A stretch of DNA of 64,000 nt, from positions 6,076,001 through 6,140,000 of the forward strand of contig JAYWIR010000005.1 in NCBI GenBank assembly GCA_036172245.1, written 5' to 3'. The stretch's first letter is position 1; each line of letters opens with the position of its first letter. This DNA is from Raillietiella orientalis. Its lineage: Eukaryota. The notes under the pieces are model-generated. The model saw only the letters and a program-made list of their open reading frames with translations, did not search any database and had not been told where the DNA came from. A program made the position numbers and the translations under genes. Positions 28,101 to 42,200 of this stretch are shown here, in pieces.

Positions 28101-31100
28101 AGAGGAATCCCACGTCTAAGGAGGCGTTCAGCGGATAGCATGGACACCAGCGCCATCTCGTAGAACTCAGCGGATGCTTTTCCAGGCCGCACTCTATCGG
28201 CAAAGAGAGAAATCACAGTGAACGGGAGCACAGAGGGAAAGAACGGACAGGACAGTGGTAGCGGAAAAAGCAGGGGAACCTGCACGAAGGATCAACCGAA
28301 TTAAATCAGTTTCTCGCAAGAAACACAAAACAGCAGATTTCGTCTTTTTCTATTTCTTTTTTTTTTTTGGGTGGGGGTGGAGGCACGCTCCATAGCAGCT
28401 GCCAACTCCATTACCGCATTCCTATAAAGAAGTTGGATTGCAGGAAGCGATCAACGTTTCCTCGTAGTAAACAAGATCCCCGGAACGCTCAGGAAAGCGA
28501 TGCACCCGAGTTCTTACAGAAAAACAAGGAACGAAGAACAACTTCCAGGGGGTGACAGACAGAGAGGCTAGGAAGGGAGAAAGCAGAAGAGATGCTGGTT
28601 CCATCTTTTTCTTGTTTCGTTTCCATTTTTGTTCTCGTTGCCACTCGCACGTTGGATGCAGGGACTCCTGAATGCCACATCGGAATGGTTCGTTTCCGGA
28701 AATTAGCGGTGACTGCAATCGATGCGCGTTCGGGCGTTTCGCCGCTGAGCCCGTCCGTCAGGAAGTGGCTTGGTGCTGCAAGACACTACCCTCAGATCGA
28801 GAAACAGAGGCATTCGTTGGCCGTGCCCCATTGGCTCAGTTATCGGAAGAAGTCGCCAGGGCCCGGGAATCGCATCTGCGCCGCGCAGATGGCTTCGAAG
28901 AATGGAGGGATCTGCAACAGCTTCTTTCGCGAACCATCTTCCCAGCCTCCTCGCAGGAAACGAAGGGAGAACGGGTCATTTCAGCCGAGTTCGCTGGGCT
29001 TGCGAATTCCTCGGAGCCATTCCGGAACGCTCGTTTCGTGTTCGGTGTCTTGCAGCTACGTGCACACTCGCGCGTGTGCGCTCGCGATGCCCCCACCCAC
29101 CACATAGGTTCGAACTCGAATTCATCCCCAACCGCACCCCCACTGCATCCCCTTTCGACGGCGAGCGTTTCGCTCCTGGACTTTTCTCTTCCAGCGCCCC
29201 GAAGAAACTCGGCTGCACTTCTGGGCGCTGGTTGCCTGTGCGAATGTTGGTGGCGAGAGGTGTGTCATCGCAGTGTTTCGAAACACACACACACAAGGTG
29301 GGTTGCAGGACCCGATTTCTTCCTAAACGGGATCTCTCCAAAACCCGGGTGCTGATGGTTTTCCCTACAGAACATGCGAAGATGCTCTACGTTTGGAAGA
29401 GTTTGTTCCTCTGTACATGAGGGCAAAGAGATAAGGAGAAATTCGTCAAAGGTTCACCTTTCGTCCCTTTTTTCACAGCCCATGCACCCCAAGAGAGCCT
29501 TGCCGCTGAGACTGCTTGTTGGGTGCAGTAAAGAGTGAATGGAAGGAGAGTCGAAACCGTGGTCCTGGGTGGTCAACCTTTGTGGGCGCTGGGTCCTCAA
29601 AGCGCTTTGTGATGCAAACTATGGAAGGCTTGGTGGGGAGCGAAGCCAAGAATGAAGACAGCAGCGACACTGCGTTTGAAATCTAAAGCTGCCGATGTGG
29701 CGCAGTTGACGGAAGGGGAAGGAGACCGATGCCCGCATTTCTTCTTTCGAGGGCGATCCTGAGGATCTATGGGTATTGGGATCTGTTTCCCTACTTGCTG
29801 AGAGAGGAGTCAAAGATGATTACCCGGACATAACAACAGCGAAATCGAGAAAGAAATCAAATCCATCAGACAAGTAAAATGCGACTGCTTCCCCTGAACT
29901 TTTGGATAGAAAAGAGGCGTCTGGGTCTCCTGGTGTTCCTGTGACATCTTAGGAAAATGAAATTTTTGGAAAGTGATGAAGGGGTCACGAGAGGCACTCA
30001 GAACGAAAGCAGCTTCTTGAAGTGTCTGCTTCTTCACGGCACAAATAACTCCAGTCATCCATCATCACAGTCGCCTCCTTTTTCAGTGCAGTTCTTGCAC
30101 GAATCGGATGGAGGAACACCGTGTGAAAATGTTTCAGCGACCGGCCGCGCAACAGAAGTCTCTCCCCCATTCTTCTGTCCGTCTCCGGCGGCGCGAAAGC
30201 GGACTTGCGCTGGGTGAATGAAGGAGAACCTCCCACAGGAGCTCTCCCACTCCAGTGCTACCCATCAGAACTTCTCGCCGTGGGAACTCCACGCTCCGAA
30301 CCAGCAAAGATGCCATCCAAGGGAGACGGCGGGCAGCCGCACACCGAAACCTTGAAATTCCCGACCTCACCTTAAGCATACTTGGTTCTGGAACGGAGGA
30401 AATGCAGAATCTGTGGAAAAGATTCCGGGTTGGAGCACCCTCAAGATCGAGAACATGCTCCAATGAATTAGCTTGATGGGAAATGAATATCTTCAGAGAT
30501 GTTGGGAATCACAACCAGGAATGTCACGCCGTTGCCGACGCTTCCAAGAGTGCGCGTCTTCCAGAGACTGTGCATCGGTGTTTTTTTCATGGCATTATCA
30601 AACTGGAAGCCAATCCTCGGCAAACAGCATCCCAATGGAGCTCAGCAGCAGTTGCAGGAGACGTGCAAGGTGAGCGGAGACGTAAGGAGTCCTGAGTGTT
30701 CCTTTAAAGACACGGGGCACTTCCTCCGTTGCACGAAAGCAGAAACATCCATATGAGCCATATGCATCGAAGAGAGATCGAGAAACTTTTCCGTCACGAG
30801 TCCTTCCCTTCCGGAGAGGAGTCTGTTGGCACCCACTCTGAAGTTGTCGTTCGAGAGATCCTTGGAACCGTGTGCTCCATTCTTCTTGGTATCTGTTCGG
30901 ACTTCGCACGTGACCTCAGTGTGACTGTATATCCGTTCAAGTATGCCGCCCACTAGTGGAGCTCAGGATGAAGAACGGAACCGAAATCACCTCCCATCTC
31001 CAAGGGTTGCTTTCCTGCAAGCCAGTAACCTGCAAGACAGTAAAAAACAGACAGGCGTGGAACCCGAAGAACCCTCTCTTTTTCCAGAGTGGGCATCTGA

Positions 31101-32599
31101 CGAAAAGAAGGAAAAAAAACGAGGGGGGGAGGGAGGAGGGGAATGCAGGTGAAACGCTAAAGCCTCGTCGGATGCTCGGAAGAGCCGCGCCGTTAGTTTT
31201 CAGCAGCAGCAAGAACCGGAAGTGGGAAAGGAACGCTCGCAGGCAATTTCATACCGCAATCCCGCTGTCTTCTCGGTTGCCTTCTTTCCAGCACTTCTCC
31301 CACGGTTCCAGAGCGAATTCTCCGCGACTGCGTGCCGCTCCCTTGATGCCGCGATGGTTACAGCACGGAACGAGGTGTCCAGTGTTCCGGAATTTCCGAA
31401 GGGACGCAACCGTGGTGACCGACGCCTTTCCGTGTGACTCCAGAGGATGATGGCGGCGGCCTCGTTCGAGGTTCCTGCGCACTCGCCTGTGCACGGAGGA
31501 GCACGTGCCTGTGTAGGGACGCGTACCCGATGCAAACCACAGACAGGAGGGGGAGCGTCCCCCCCAATCGGTCCTCCCTTGCGATCCAGACCGTCGCATC
31601 TCGAACGCTAGGCGCACAATCCATGATCACTGGAGACGGCAGTCGTCCTGCGACTCACTCTGGTGCTGTTCTTGCCGACCGATAGGGCAAGTGCGCTTAA
31701 GGCGACCAAAAAGGGCCACGCCGCCGGCAGCCGCAACCGCAGCGTTTTGCCGCTCGGGTGCGCGGAGTCGTTGCTTCTGCTTTGGCTTCTTTTTCGGTTT
31801 CCTCCGTGCTCGTTGTGGACTCGGTGGGCGCTCAACCAAACTCCTGTACATTGACGAAGATGGAAAAGTAAAAGAAAAAGCACTCAGTCAAGCACCAGTG
31901 CTCTTCAAGGGAACACACTGCTTTGTGGCTGGGAATAAACAAATACGTTCGAGATAAACGAGATGACACGAGATGGAAAACAAAGCAGGGGGATTCAAAG
32001 TCGAAATGCAGCTCCATCGTCTAGGTGAGGGCCAAAGCTTAGACCCTAGGGTTCGTTAAAAACCACTTTCTTCCTGGAAGTTTCCTTAGCGTAAACACAG
32101 CTGATGACCGTTCCCGACGTTAATTGCGACGAATTAGACAAGAAAATATTTCGTGGGCCGCGGATCGTTACCGATCTGTTTGTGTTTCAAACGTGTCCGT
32201 GAATTTACTGGTGCCCAGAAATTACAGTCTCTGTCTCCGTGCAATCGGACAGTACATGAATGCCTTCGGAAATCAATTAGAGGAAGCTGTTTACATAAGT
32301 AAATAAAACACTACTGCCCACAGACTTCCGATGTAGGCAGTCGTATTATGATAAAGGATGCCGACATTTGATTCCCTCTTGTAGTGAAGGATAAAGAGGC
32401 TACTCGAAGCGAGAATATCATCGAGATTATAAGAACGCATTTTTTTTTCTTTTTCTTTTCCTGTGGGAACAAGAAGCAGACACGGCGTGAAGAAGACTTG
32501 GGAGACGATTTGCTGCGAGGCGACTTCTTCCGCGCCGCGCTGCGCCCCTTTCTCCTCTTATGACCTGGGCAATCTCGAAGCAACCGTGTCAAGTCATTC

Positions 32600-32623
32600 A
32601 GTGACGTCACTTGCGTAACCAAT
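32600..32623. promoter_or_regulatory. Abutting CRE, C/EBP-type site and CCAAT box
   Basis: agTGACGTCAc-TTGCGTAA-CCAAT with essentially no spacing. Confidence 0.4.
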
Positions 32624-33503
32624 GGCCTCCATGAATAATATTTGGTTACACTCGATCGGTTCGATCCATCCAAGTTTGTGTAAATGATAATCAGACCTTC
32701 GATAAGGTCGCAGCGGAGGCAAGAACCTCCACCGGCTCGCACGGAGTGTCGAAAACGGCTGCTGACCGACTTTTCCGTTACCACCGCGGTCTGCGGGCTA
32801 ATTGGGCATCTCGGGGCCTTTAGACGACGGGCACACTTGTGCTGAAATCTACTCGGGTGGTTAAAACAGCACGGTGAAGCCTTCAAGCTGCAAAGGACAA
32901 ATCCAGCAAAACAAAGAAGAAAGAGGGAACAAAAAGGAGAAGCAGATCAGTTTCCGTTGCTTGGAGAAGGAGACACTCGGTGTCATTTTAAGCGGTCGTC
33001 CCTCAAATCTCACACATGAGAAAACGAAACAAAGTGCTACAAACATGTGGGAGTTGAGTGACACCACCAAGGTTCGAACCACGCCGCCCGCGTTTTGTAC
33101 ACGGTGAAACGTACACAGCGCGTGTGGAGTGGTCGCGTTTCAGGAACCCCAACGCGAAGGTTCCGTCGGCTGTGCCTTTTGGTGGTGCGTGCGTGCACCC
33201 CATCCCGCGAGGTTCTCTCCCCCATTCGGTGCGAAAATATTCCTCGCACCCGGCGGGAGACTCCGCAATGCCGAGTGCGCTGCACTTTTTTATTTTTTTC
33301 CTTCCTTTCTCTTTCTCCTCTCTCCCTCCTTTTTTTCCTTTCTGTGCTTTCCCGGAAAACACGGCAAAGTCGGACCTCCACGTTCACTTGCCTTGCTTGC
33401 ATCAAGTGAGTTCCTACATCCGCACATGGAGGCAGCAGAATGCGATGATCGGCGGTTTGCTCTTTTCTTTTCCCGCCCTCTTCTGCGGGGAAAGCGAAGG
33501 AAC

Positions 33504-33625
33504 CGTCGACGACGACGACGACGTCGACGTCGACGACGAAGAGGTGGTTTGTGTGGACACAACGCTCCGTTGTGCACGCTCGGGTTGGGCTGTGGGGTCG
33601 TTTGCTGCTGCTGCTGCTGCTGCTG
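33504..33625. repeat. Microsatellites (GAC)n and (GCT)n
   Basis: gtcgacgacgacgacgacgtcgacgtcgacgacg at about 33505-33538 and (GCT)7 at about 33604-33624; another (GCT) run lies near 37106-37125. Confidence 0.85.
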
Positions 33626-34587
33626 TTCGACGTCCTGCCTGCATCGCAGCAAGTGCTTGGAAAGGGGGAAAACCCCTCGGCGCTCTTTTCCCATCTTGCC
33701 CTGCCCCTCTCCCCCCCCCCCGTTTTTGTTTTTTGTTTTCGTTTGTTTTGCTTGTTAGCTGTTGCGTAGCAGTGCCCGGCATCGACGGACGCCTCAGCAA
33801 GCGCGACACACATGGAGTTTTTTTTTTGTTTTGTTTTTGCAGGCGAAAAATGCTCTCGGGAAAGCCCGGCGAGAGGGGTCTTCGGCGTGCCAATCGGAGC
33901 CGTAGGTGTCTGTCGATTTTTCGGGAGGAGCAGGAAGAGGAGGACCGACCGCAGTGTCTTTCCGAACAAGCTGCGGCTCCGCAGGGATGGAAAGATGCGC
34001 AGTTTCCATTCCGTAGGTGCGCATGATAGATTTGCTTTCAGCGGTATTCCGACGGTGGAACACACACACACGCAGACACCACAAATAAACACCGAGCTGG
34101 ACCGGGACGCAGGTCCGGCGGTTGTAACACGGCCGGAAGTCCTCGCTCTTGGATTTTTTCCTCGTCCGTACGCGCTCCGTCGGATTTTTTTTTTCTTATT
34201 TCTTCTTCTTTCTTCTCCTTCCTCCCCCGCGTTTTCACACAGGCAACTTTCACTCTTGATCAAGAGTATCGAAAAAATCCCGTTTTGCGAAACTGGGGAG
34301 CGCCGTGTTTGGCCTGGGTGGACGGCCGGATATTCCCGGAAGGACTACCGGCGATTCCTCCGCCACCCCTTCCGCCGCCCGGGCGGTTGGCACCTCCGCG
34401 CGGTGCGCGCGTGGGTGGACTGGGGACTTCTGCCGAAAGGAAGAACATAATAGGTAAATAAACGCAGTTGTGGGCTTTGCGCGGCAGCCGGGCGGCGTCG
34501 GGCTGGTGGGTGAGGGAAAAAGTGAGGGGGGGCTGGGGGGAGGGAAGGGAACCGAAAAAACGAAAAAGGAAACAAAATAGGATAGAT

Positions 34588-34684
34588 GAAGAAGGGGGGG
34601 GGGGAGGGAAGAAAAAAAAAAAAAGAAAAAAAAGAAAAGAGGAAGGAGGAGGATGAGGATGAGGAGGAGGAGGAAAAGGGAAAC
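34588..34684 (+). repeat. Polypurine tract upstream of ANP32
   Basis: Almost pure G/A run: G11, A runs and GAG repeats. Confidence 0.85.
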
Positions 34685-34977
34685 GAAGGTGACGTCCGCC
34701 TGGGTTCGAAATGCCGGGGAGCCGAGGGTAGCCGAAATAGGCGTGGGTCCCCGGCCAACGTGCGTGCATACGCGCGGATCGTCGACCTGCGCATCAAGCA
34801 TCTGTATCACTGCGCTCACAACTTTCCTGGCTGTCCTAGTGCGAAGTATGTAACTCCGTGACGTTACTTCGAAAATATATTTTATTGAGTGGCGTGGCAT
34901 ACCTAGTAGAAATTGAGGAAAACTTGTCGAGATTCCCCCTTTTTTTTCTTTCACACGCAGATCGTAGCAGCCGAAAG

Positions 34978-36235
<1,258 letters not shown>

Positions 36236-39200
36236 ATGTCTCATCCCAAGCTGTCCCCGATCTCAGCTAGGCATCTGTATAAAGTCAACTACCCCTTCTG
36301 TGCTACTGTGACAGTAGAACATCATTGACCAGTGCCAGCTCCGTCCTCCGCATAAAGATCTTTGGAATTTTATTGATTTCATGGGACATGGGGATGAATA
36401 TCGGGGGGCCGGGCAGGGAAATGAATAATTTGTAGTGCAGACTTTTAAAAAAAAAAGAAAGAAAGAAAGACTACTGGAGAATAGAGCTCAACAGGAGGCA
36501 GGTAAGGTTTACAGCTCTATGGCCAGCCGCCTCCTCACTTGTGTAGTTCCCAATAACCTGATTCGATGGAAGCACCGCATCGGAAGCTGCATGCATATCA
36601 TAAAAATTAGCTCATACCTGGAAGGCGCATCATTTTAGAGCACGAGAGGGGGGGGGGGGGTGAACCTGGCAAGGGCTGCTCCCTTACGCTGCATTGAAAT
36701 GCGTTGCCGTTTCCTAACACGTTGATGTCAAAGCGATTTCGCGGTGGACGGAGAGCGCCCCGCCGCAGCGCGGGTCGTGAGATCCGAATGTGCAATTTTT
36801 GCGGGCGGCGGCAACCATTAGCAACGACCTGCCGGAAGGCGCGGCGCAGATCCGCGATGGCGCAATAATGAGACGGCGCTCGCATCGCCGGGTTGCAACA
36901 CGAGCGCGCCACCATCATCCTGCCCCACAAACCATGGTTTGTGGGCAGCCGCCGTCAAGGTTACCGGGCCCGTGAAGCCGAGTGCGCGTCTCCGAAGAGG
37001 GACGCCGGGAACTCCGCACGCAGCCCTCGGCCCGCCCGCCCGAGCGAGCGGCGCGAAATCTCCCTCTCGCAATAAAGTAGTAGGTCTTCGGGATAGTTGG
37101 GCCTGCTGCTGCTGCTGCTGCTGCTCAGCCGAGTCGAGTTGGTCCCTACGTGGTTGTAAACAAAACTCGCCCGCGGTGAGTGGTCACGCCCGTCGCGATC
37201 CGTCCGCGCCCCCAACGGGTTGAGGAGGAAGCGCGCTGCTCACCGTTTCTCCTTAAAGAGAGGAAGGAGAAGAAGAAATTCGGACTGAGTACTGAGAATC
37301 TCTCTCGCCCGTCTCCCTTCGAAGTTATTGACACACTGCCCAATGCTGAAGTGCTGACCACTTTTTCACACCGGGAAGTTGGTGTGCGAAAGCCCCACGG
37401 TCAAGGGGGTGGCTGCTCTTCCTGGAGAGAACGTCTGACCTGGCAGCGCTTGCCGGGGGAGGCCATCGACGCGCGTGGCCTTCCTCCTATCCGTTCGGAG
37501 CGAATCCGAAGCCGAGTGTCCCCCTCCATCCCCCCCTCTCCCCTCCCCAAATCGAATAGTTGCTCGGAAAGATTTCACCCTCCCGGTTTATCCGTGCCAT
37601 CGTGGAGCTGGTCGCTCCTTAACGAGGTAGTTAACATCTAATGTTTGGGTTTTGACATCTCTTGCAAAGTTCAAGAACTGCGCTTCAGTCCAACGGAGAA
37701 AGAATCGGGCGTTTCCCTCTACCCAGGAAGTCGTGTTAATGGGTTAATTAATTACTTGAAGGAATATTTCAGACATTTATGACTTTTTTCCTTCTTTCTT
37801 TTTTTTTTGAAAAAGGAAGATACGGATATTGGTTTCCACTACGGGAGAAGGAGCAGCGATGCAAACCAACTGATTCCCCAAAGTGGTGGTTCGTGATGCT
37901 GCAGATGGTGGTGGTACCGTGCGCCACTGGACCCAAAGGCGCTGCTGGAATCTTTGACGAGCTCGATCGGATGCGGAACCTCTTGTTTTCGCGCTGGTGG
38001 GGCGCGTCTCTTCCGTGGGGGCTGCACGCATGCGCATTCGAGGCGTGCATGGGAACGTGTTGTTCCAAAAGTACCACTTTGGGAGGCCGAAAAATTGAAG
38101 GCGGTGTTTTTTTTGTTGCCTTCTCTTCTCTCTCTCTCCCCCTTTCCCTCCCTCCCTCAGACGAAATCCCGTGGGGCATGGCCGCTTCTACACGCGCTTG
38201 CGAACGAGGGGAAGATTTTTGGTTCGGGGCAAATCGGTTTCCCAGATACGAGTTGTGTTGGAGGAAATCGTGTGCATCGCAGGGTCCTCCCCCCTCTCCC
38301 CACCCCTTCTCCCCGCTTTTTGGTCTGTGCGAGAGGTGGCGCCTCTGCAAGAGTGGAGCGTTTTCCCAGGAGACGACAACCCTCCCCAAGCAAATCACAG
38401 AAAGGATCCTCTTTTGGGATGAAAGATACGCTCGCGGTGTATCGCATACTCTGCGACTATCGAAGATTTGGAAGGATCGACCCCCCGCAAATAAACCTTT
38501 TGCTCTTCTGTTGTCACTTAAGTCTCTCAACCGCAGTGTGACTCCATCTGCTTATTTTCTGTTTAGGAAGGGAGCCTCCGGAGCTGTGCAGCCGAGTTTC
38601 TTCCCGTATCCATTATGCACCATTCATTGCTAAACGGATTCAGATATCTCCTTTTTTTAAAAATAAATAAACCACTCTTTATCAGTACGTAAGGGAAAAC
38701 CAAACTGTTTTTTCCGGCCTCGAAATCAGCGTAAATCATCAGTGCCAGTTTTTATTGCTGGGGAAGCATCTATGAAGATGCGTGCAGTTGTGAATCCGGA
38801 GAGTGGCTCGAAGAGGATGAATGAGTTTAACCAGAAAGGCATCGCAGCGAGTGATTTTAACCAGAAAGCACTTTCCCATGCAGCATCTCTCCTGCTATCT
38901 CACGTGCGAGTCCAAAAAAACAAAAAACAAAGCAGGAGCTGGGGGGGGGGGGGAGACGGAGAAAAGGAAAAGAAAGTACACACGCATGTACATACATCGC
39001 ATAAGAGCAGCCTGTCGAATGGCAATTTGCTCAGCGGCTCGCTTCGGGGGAGGCAGCTACGTACTTCCGGTGTTGTGCAGTCAGGTGTCGGGTTTGTGGA
39101 GTTCGTACGAAGCGAAGCGCACCGCCCTCTCCCGTCTGGCCTTGCAAGCTTCCAGGAGAGCCCGGCAGATGGGAGCTCCGAGACGGCTTAGGCCGGCCCC

Positions 39201-42200
39201 TTTGCGAGAGGATCCGGAGGCGCCGTCGGCTGGCCTCCCTCCCGAGGGAAGGGGGAGGAGCGCGTGATGTCCGATGTCTCCCGGAGTGGAAGGAAGCTCC
39301 CCTCCTCCGGTCGCCTCGACGCTCCCCGCCAACGCAGCCTCCCCGCGCGTGACTCCGCGTCGTCGTCCACGCGGGCTTCGGACCGCCCACCAGATGGCGC
39401 GGAACGGCTCCAGCCGGTTTCGGCGCTTCCCTCCTTCGCCCGAGCGCCACGCGGTCGGCTCGAGGAGCGCGACGGACGCGCCTTCTTGGTCCCTTCCGTC
39501 CTGAGCTCGTGACCTTCCCTCTACCTCGGGGTGAAGGAGGGAGCGCACATGGACTCACGCCCTTCTCCTTTTTCCCTTCTCCTTGGGTGGCAGTGGGCTG
39601 CCTCTCCCGAATGGGAAGGGGCATGGACGGGACGTGTCGACCGTCCCTCGCGTCGGGCGATGGCTAGGCGGAACAGAGACGGGACGGGAGCTGTCCGCAG
39701 GGGATCGTCGCTCGCCGCTGTTTCCCCGAGGACGGGGACGGTGCGAAGGTCTGTGGCTCCCCACCCCGCCCTCTCTCGCACCAGGGACCTCCGTCCACGC
39801 GCGGGTCTGCTCCGCGGCTCCCCAGCAGACCGCCGCAGCACGTGGACGGATGCGCGCACTTTGCCGGTGCTCTCGTTCGGCCCGCATAGGGACGGGAGGG
39901 GGTGTTGGCGTCGGCTCCCTAGGTGCCTGGGGTAACCGATTACTCGCGCCTGCGGGCAACGAGCATCACTCTCTCTACCCGAGCTGTGGGCCTCTGCACT
40001 GTGGCGCCGCCCCGCGGGCGCTCCCTGTGAGCACGCGCTGGTGTGCAGGTGGGCGCTGCGTGGAAACGCGGGTACAGGAGAGGTGGGGGAGAGGTCAGCA
40101 GGGTCAGCCGAAAGAGCCTTCTGCACGTTGTGGGCGGGCCGCGGGTTCTGAGTATGCCGCTGGTGTGGGCGCGCGCCGCGCGCGCCGGCGATCCCACGCC
40201 GCCTGTGCGGAGGCGCGTCGTGCGAGGCGGTGGCGGCGGCCTTCCCGTAGGGAAGGGTCGGCCCGAGCGAGGGTCCGGAGTCCGCGCGTTCGCGCCCAAA
40301 TGTGCGCCGCAGGGCAACTCTCGTCGCTTGGCGCCTCGGGTCGCGTGACGCCAAGACATGACCGTGGACGCTCCCGAAGCGTGACGCTGAAGGCGAAGAA
40401 GCCTCGAGGTTCCGGGCACCACCAGGAGGCCCCTGGATCCGCCCGCACCCACGGGGACGCCGCAGCAGTCGAGCGATCCCGTTGCCTGGAGACCGGCAGG
40501 CTGCCGACCGACGCCACGCCTGAGGAATGCGGGGATTCCCGTCGTCGCGCCGGAACTGGGATGACCTGCGTCCCCTAGTGCATCGCCAGGAAGAGGGTCA
40601 TGGTGACCTGCGTGCGGTCACCAAGACCAGCGGATAGCCGCCGGGTCTTCTGGCTATCGAAGTCGCGCCATAGGTGTGCAGGGTCTCCCGGCAGTCGCCT
40701 CCGCGTCACCCCTCCCCACTGCAAGGAGGCGGTCATCTTGCTGGCGCGCGGGCGCTCACCCGCGACCTCACCGCGTCCCGGAGGGCAGGAACAGCGCCGG
40801 CTGCGGTGAGGCGGAGACGTCCTCCGTGCGCAGGGTCAGGCCAGCGCATCCCGGTCCCCCCTCGCCCTTCCTGTGCTGCTCTCCCCATCCCCATCCCAAA
40901 GGCGCGGCTGCCCCCTCGAGCGCTACTCCCCGCGTGTCATGCGCGAGCAGAGGCGGCCGCCAGCATGGCCACCGTTACCCCGGGCAGGTGAGGTGACCGT
41001 CGCCCGTGTGCAAGGAGCAGCGAAAGGGTCCGGTCCGGGGTGAGGGGGTCCAGGGGAGTCTTCGGACGACCTCGGGCAGACGGATCCCATACCGGTGACC
41101 TCGTTCCTCCCCTTCTTTTCCGACGCAGGTCATCCCGTCCCCTATTTATCGGTTCGCTGGATGTCCCTGCTTCCCCTGCCACCATCCCTCCCCACTTCCA
41201 CCCCCAAGCTGGGGCAGTTCCCTCGGGATTTTGAAAGATGGCAGGGCATCCTGGATGGGGAGGTCTCTGCGGAGCGTTCCTTCGAAGTATGGAAGGACGC
41301 AGGAGGACTTATGCTGACTGCCAGATTACGAAAGAGGAAAATGGGCTCCGCGTGTCGGAGGGATGGCGGGAGTGAATCGGGGAGAGGATTGGCGCAGAGG
41401 ACGTCGGCAACCGGGAAAAGGCAGCTCAGGGAGAAGGAGAGGGAGGGGTCAACCGGGGACCGCTCCCTGGTTCTCGGCCCGACCGCCCTCATCTCGGAGA
41501 GGATGGACCGCCGTCCCATGAAGAGACCCGACAGCCCGGCATCTGCGGACGTCCCTGTGGCGGGAAAGAGCCGCCGGGAGTTCGCTTCCCCACACGAGCG
41601 CCCGGTACAGCTGGCGAGAGGGACCCCCTTCCCTCCACTCCTTGAAACGGTGAGGGCGCCAGTCGGGCAGGAGAACCCGACGCAGCCAGGAGGCGCGGGA
41701 TCGGCACCGCTGGAGGGCGGCGGCAGTAGCCGCTCGGGGTGGTGCTGGAGGAGTCTCCGACCCTGACCGAAGGCAGCGAAGGAGATCCTCCTGGCTGGGA
41801 GGGGTCGCTGTCGTCGTGCCCCGCAGAGCTGGCGGAGGCGCGTCCGAGGTCGGCCCGTCTCGGGGACTCACGGCAACCGTCCGCGGCTCGTGCCCGGACG
41901 GTTGCTTCCACCGGCGCTCTCAGCGGATCATCCGGGGAAAGGCGCCGCTCCTGGGGGAGGTCAGGCAGCATAGCTCAGCTTCCGACCGTTCCCATGGAGA
42001 TAGGGACCTCCCGCCTTCTCCCGGCGGGCGAGTCGCAGGCGGACGAGAGTAATGAGGTTCGCGGGGGGGGGGCAAGGACGAGGCCCTCCCGGCGCGACGC
42101 TTTCCGCTTTATGGCTTATTGTCTTCGGCCGGGGGTGGTGCCTGGCTCTCTACCGCCACCGCGGGCGCCTGCTGGTGCCGCCTTCCCCCCCCGTTGTCAG

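Noticed and set aside
28762..28920. Peptide PSDRETEAFVGRAPLAQL...ES...EEW resembling the SPARC EF-hand region (ELFPIRAPL...EW)
   Set aside because: Both conserved cysteines and the EF-hand ligands are missing, codon usage differs from the SPARC exon at 23 kb, and a rough estimate puts the match near chance level; a profile HMM search would decide.
33037..34954. Long ORFs at 33037-34263, 33058-34026 and 34250-34954
   Set aside because: Composed of microsatellite and homopolymer translations (poly-R, poly-S, poly-F, poly-K).
38819..38870. Direct repeat tttaaccagaaag with a 30-nt period (similar two-copy repeats at 460-480 and 50816-50850)
   Set aside because: Only two copies each; ordinary slippage duplications, not a CRISPR-like or satellite array.
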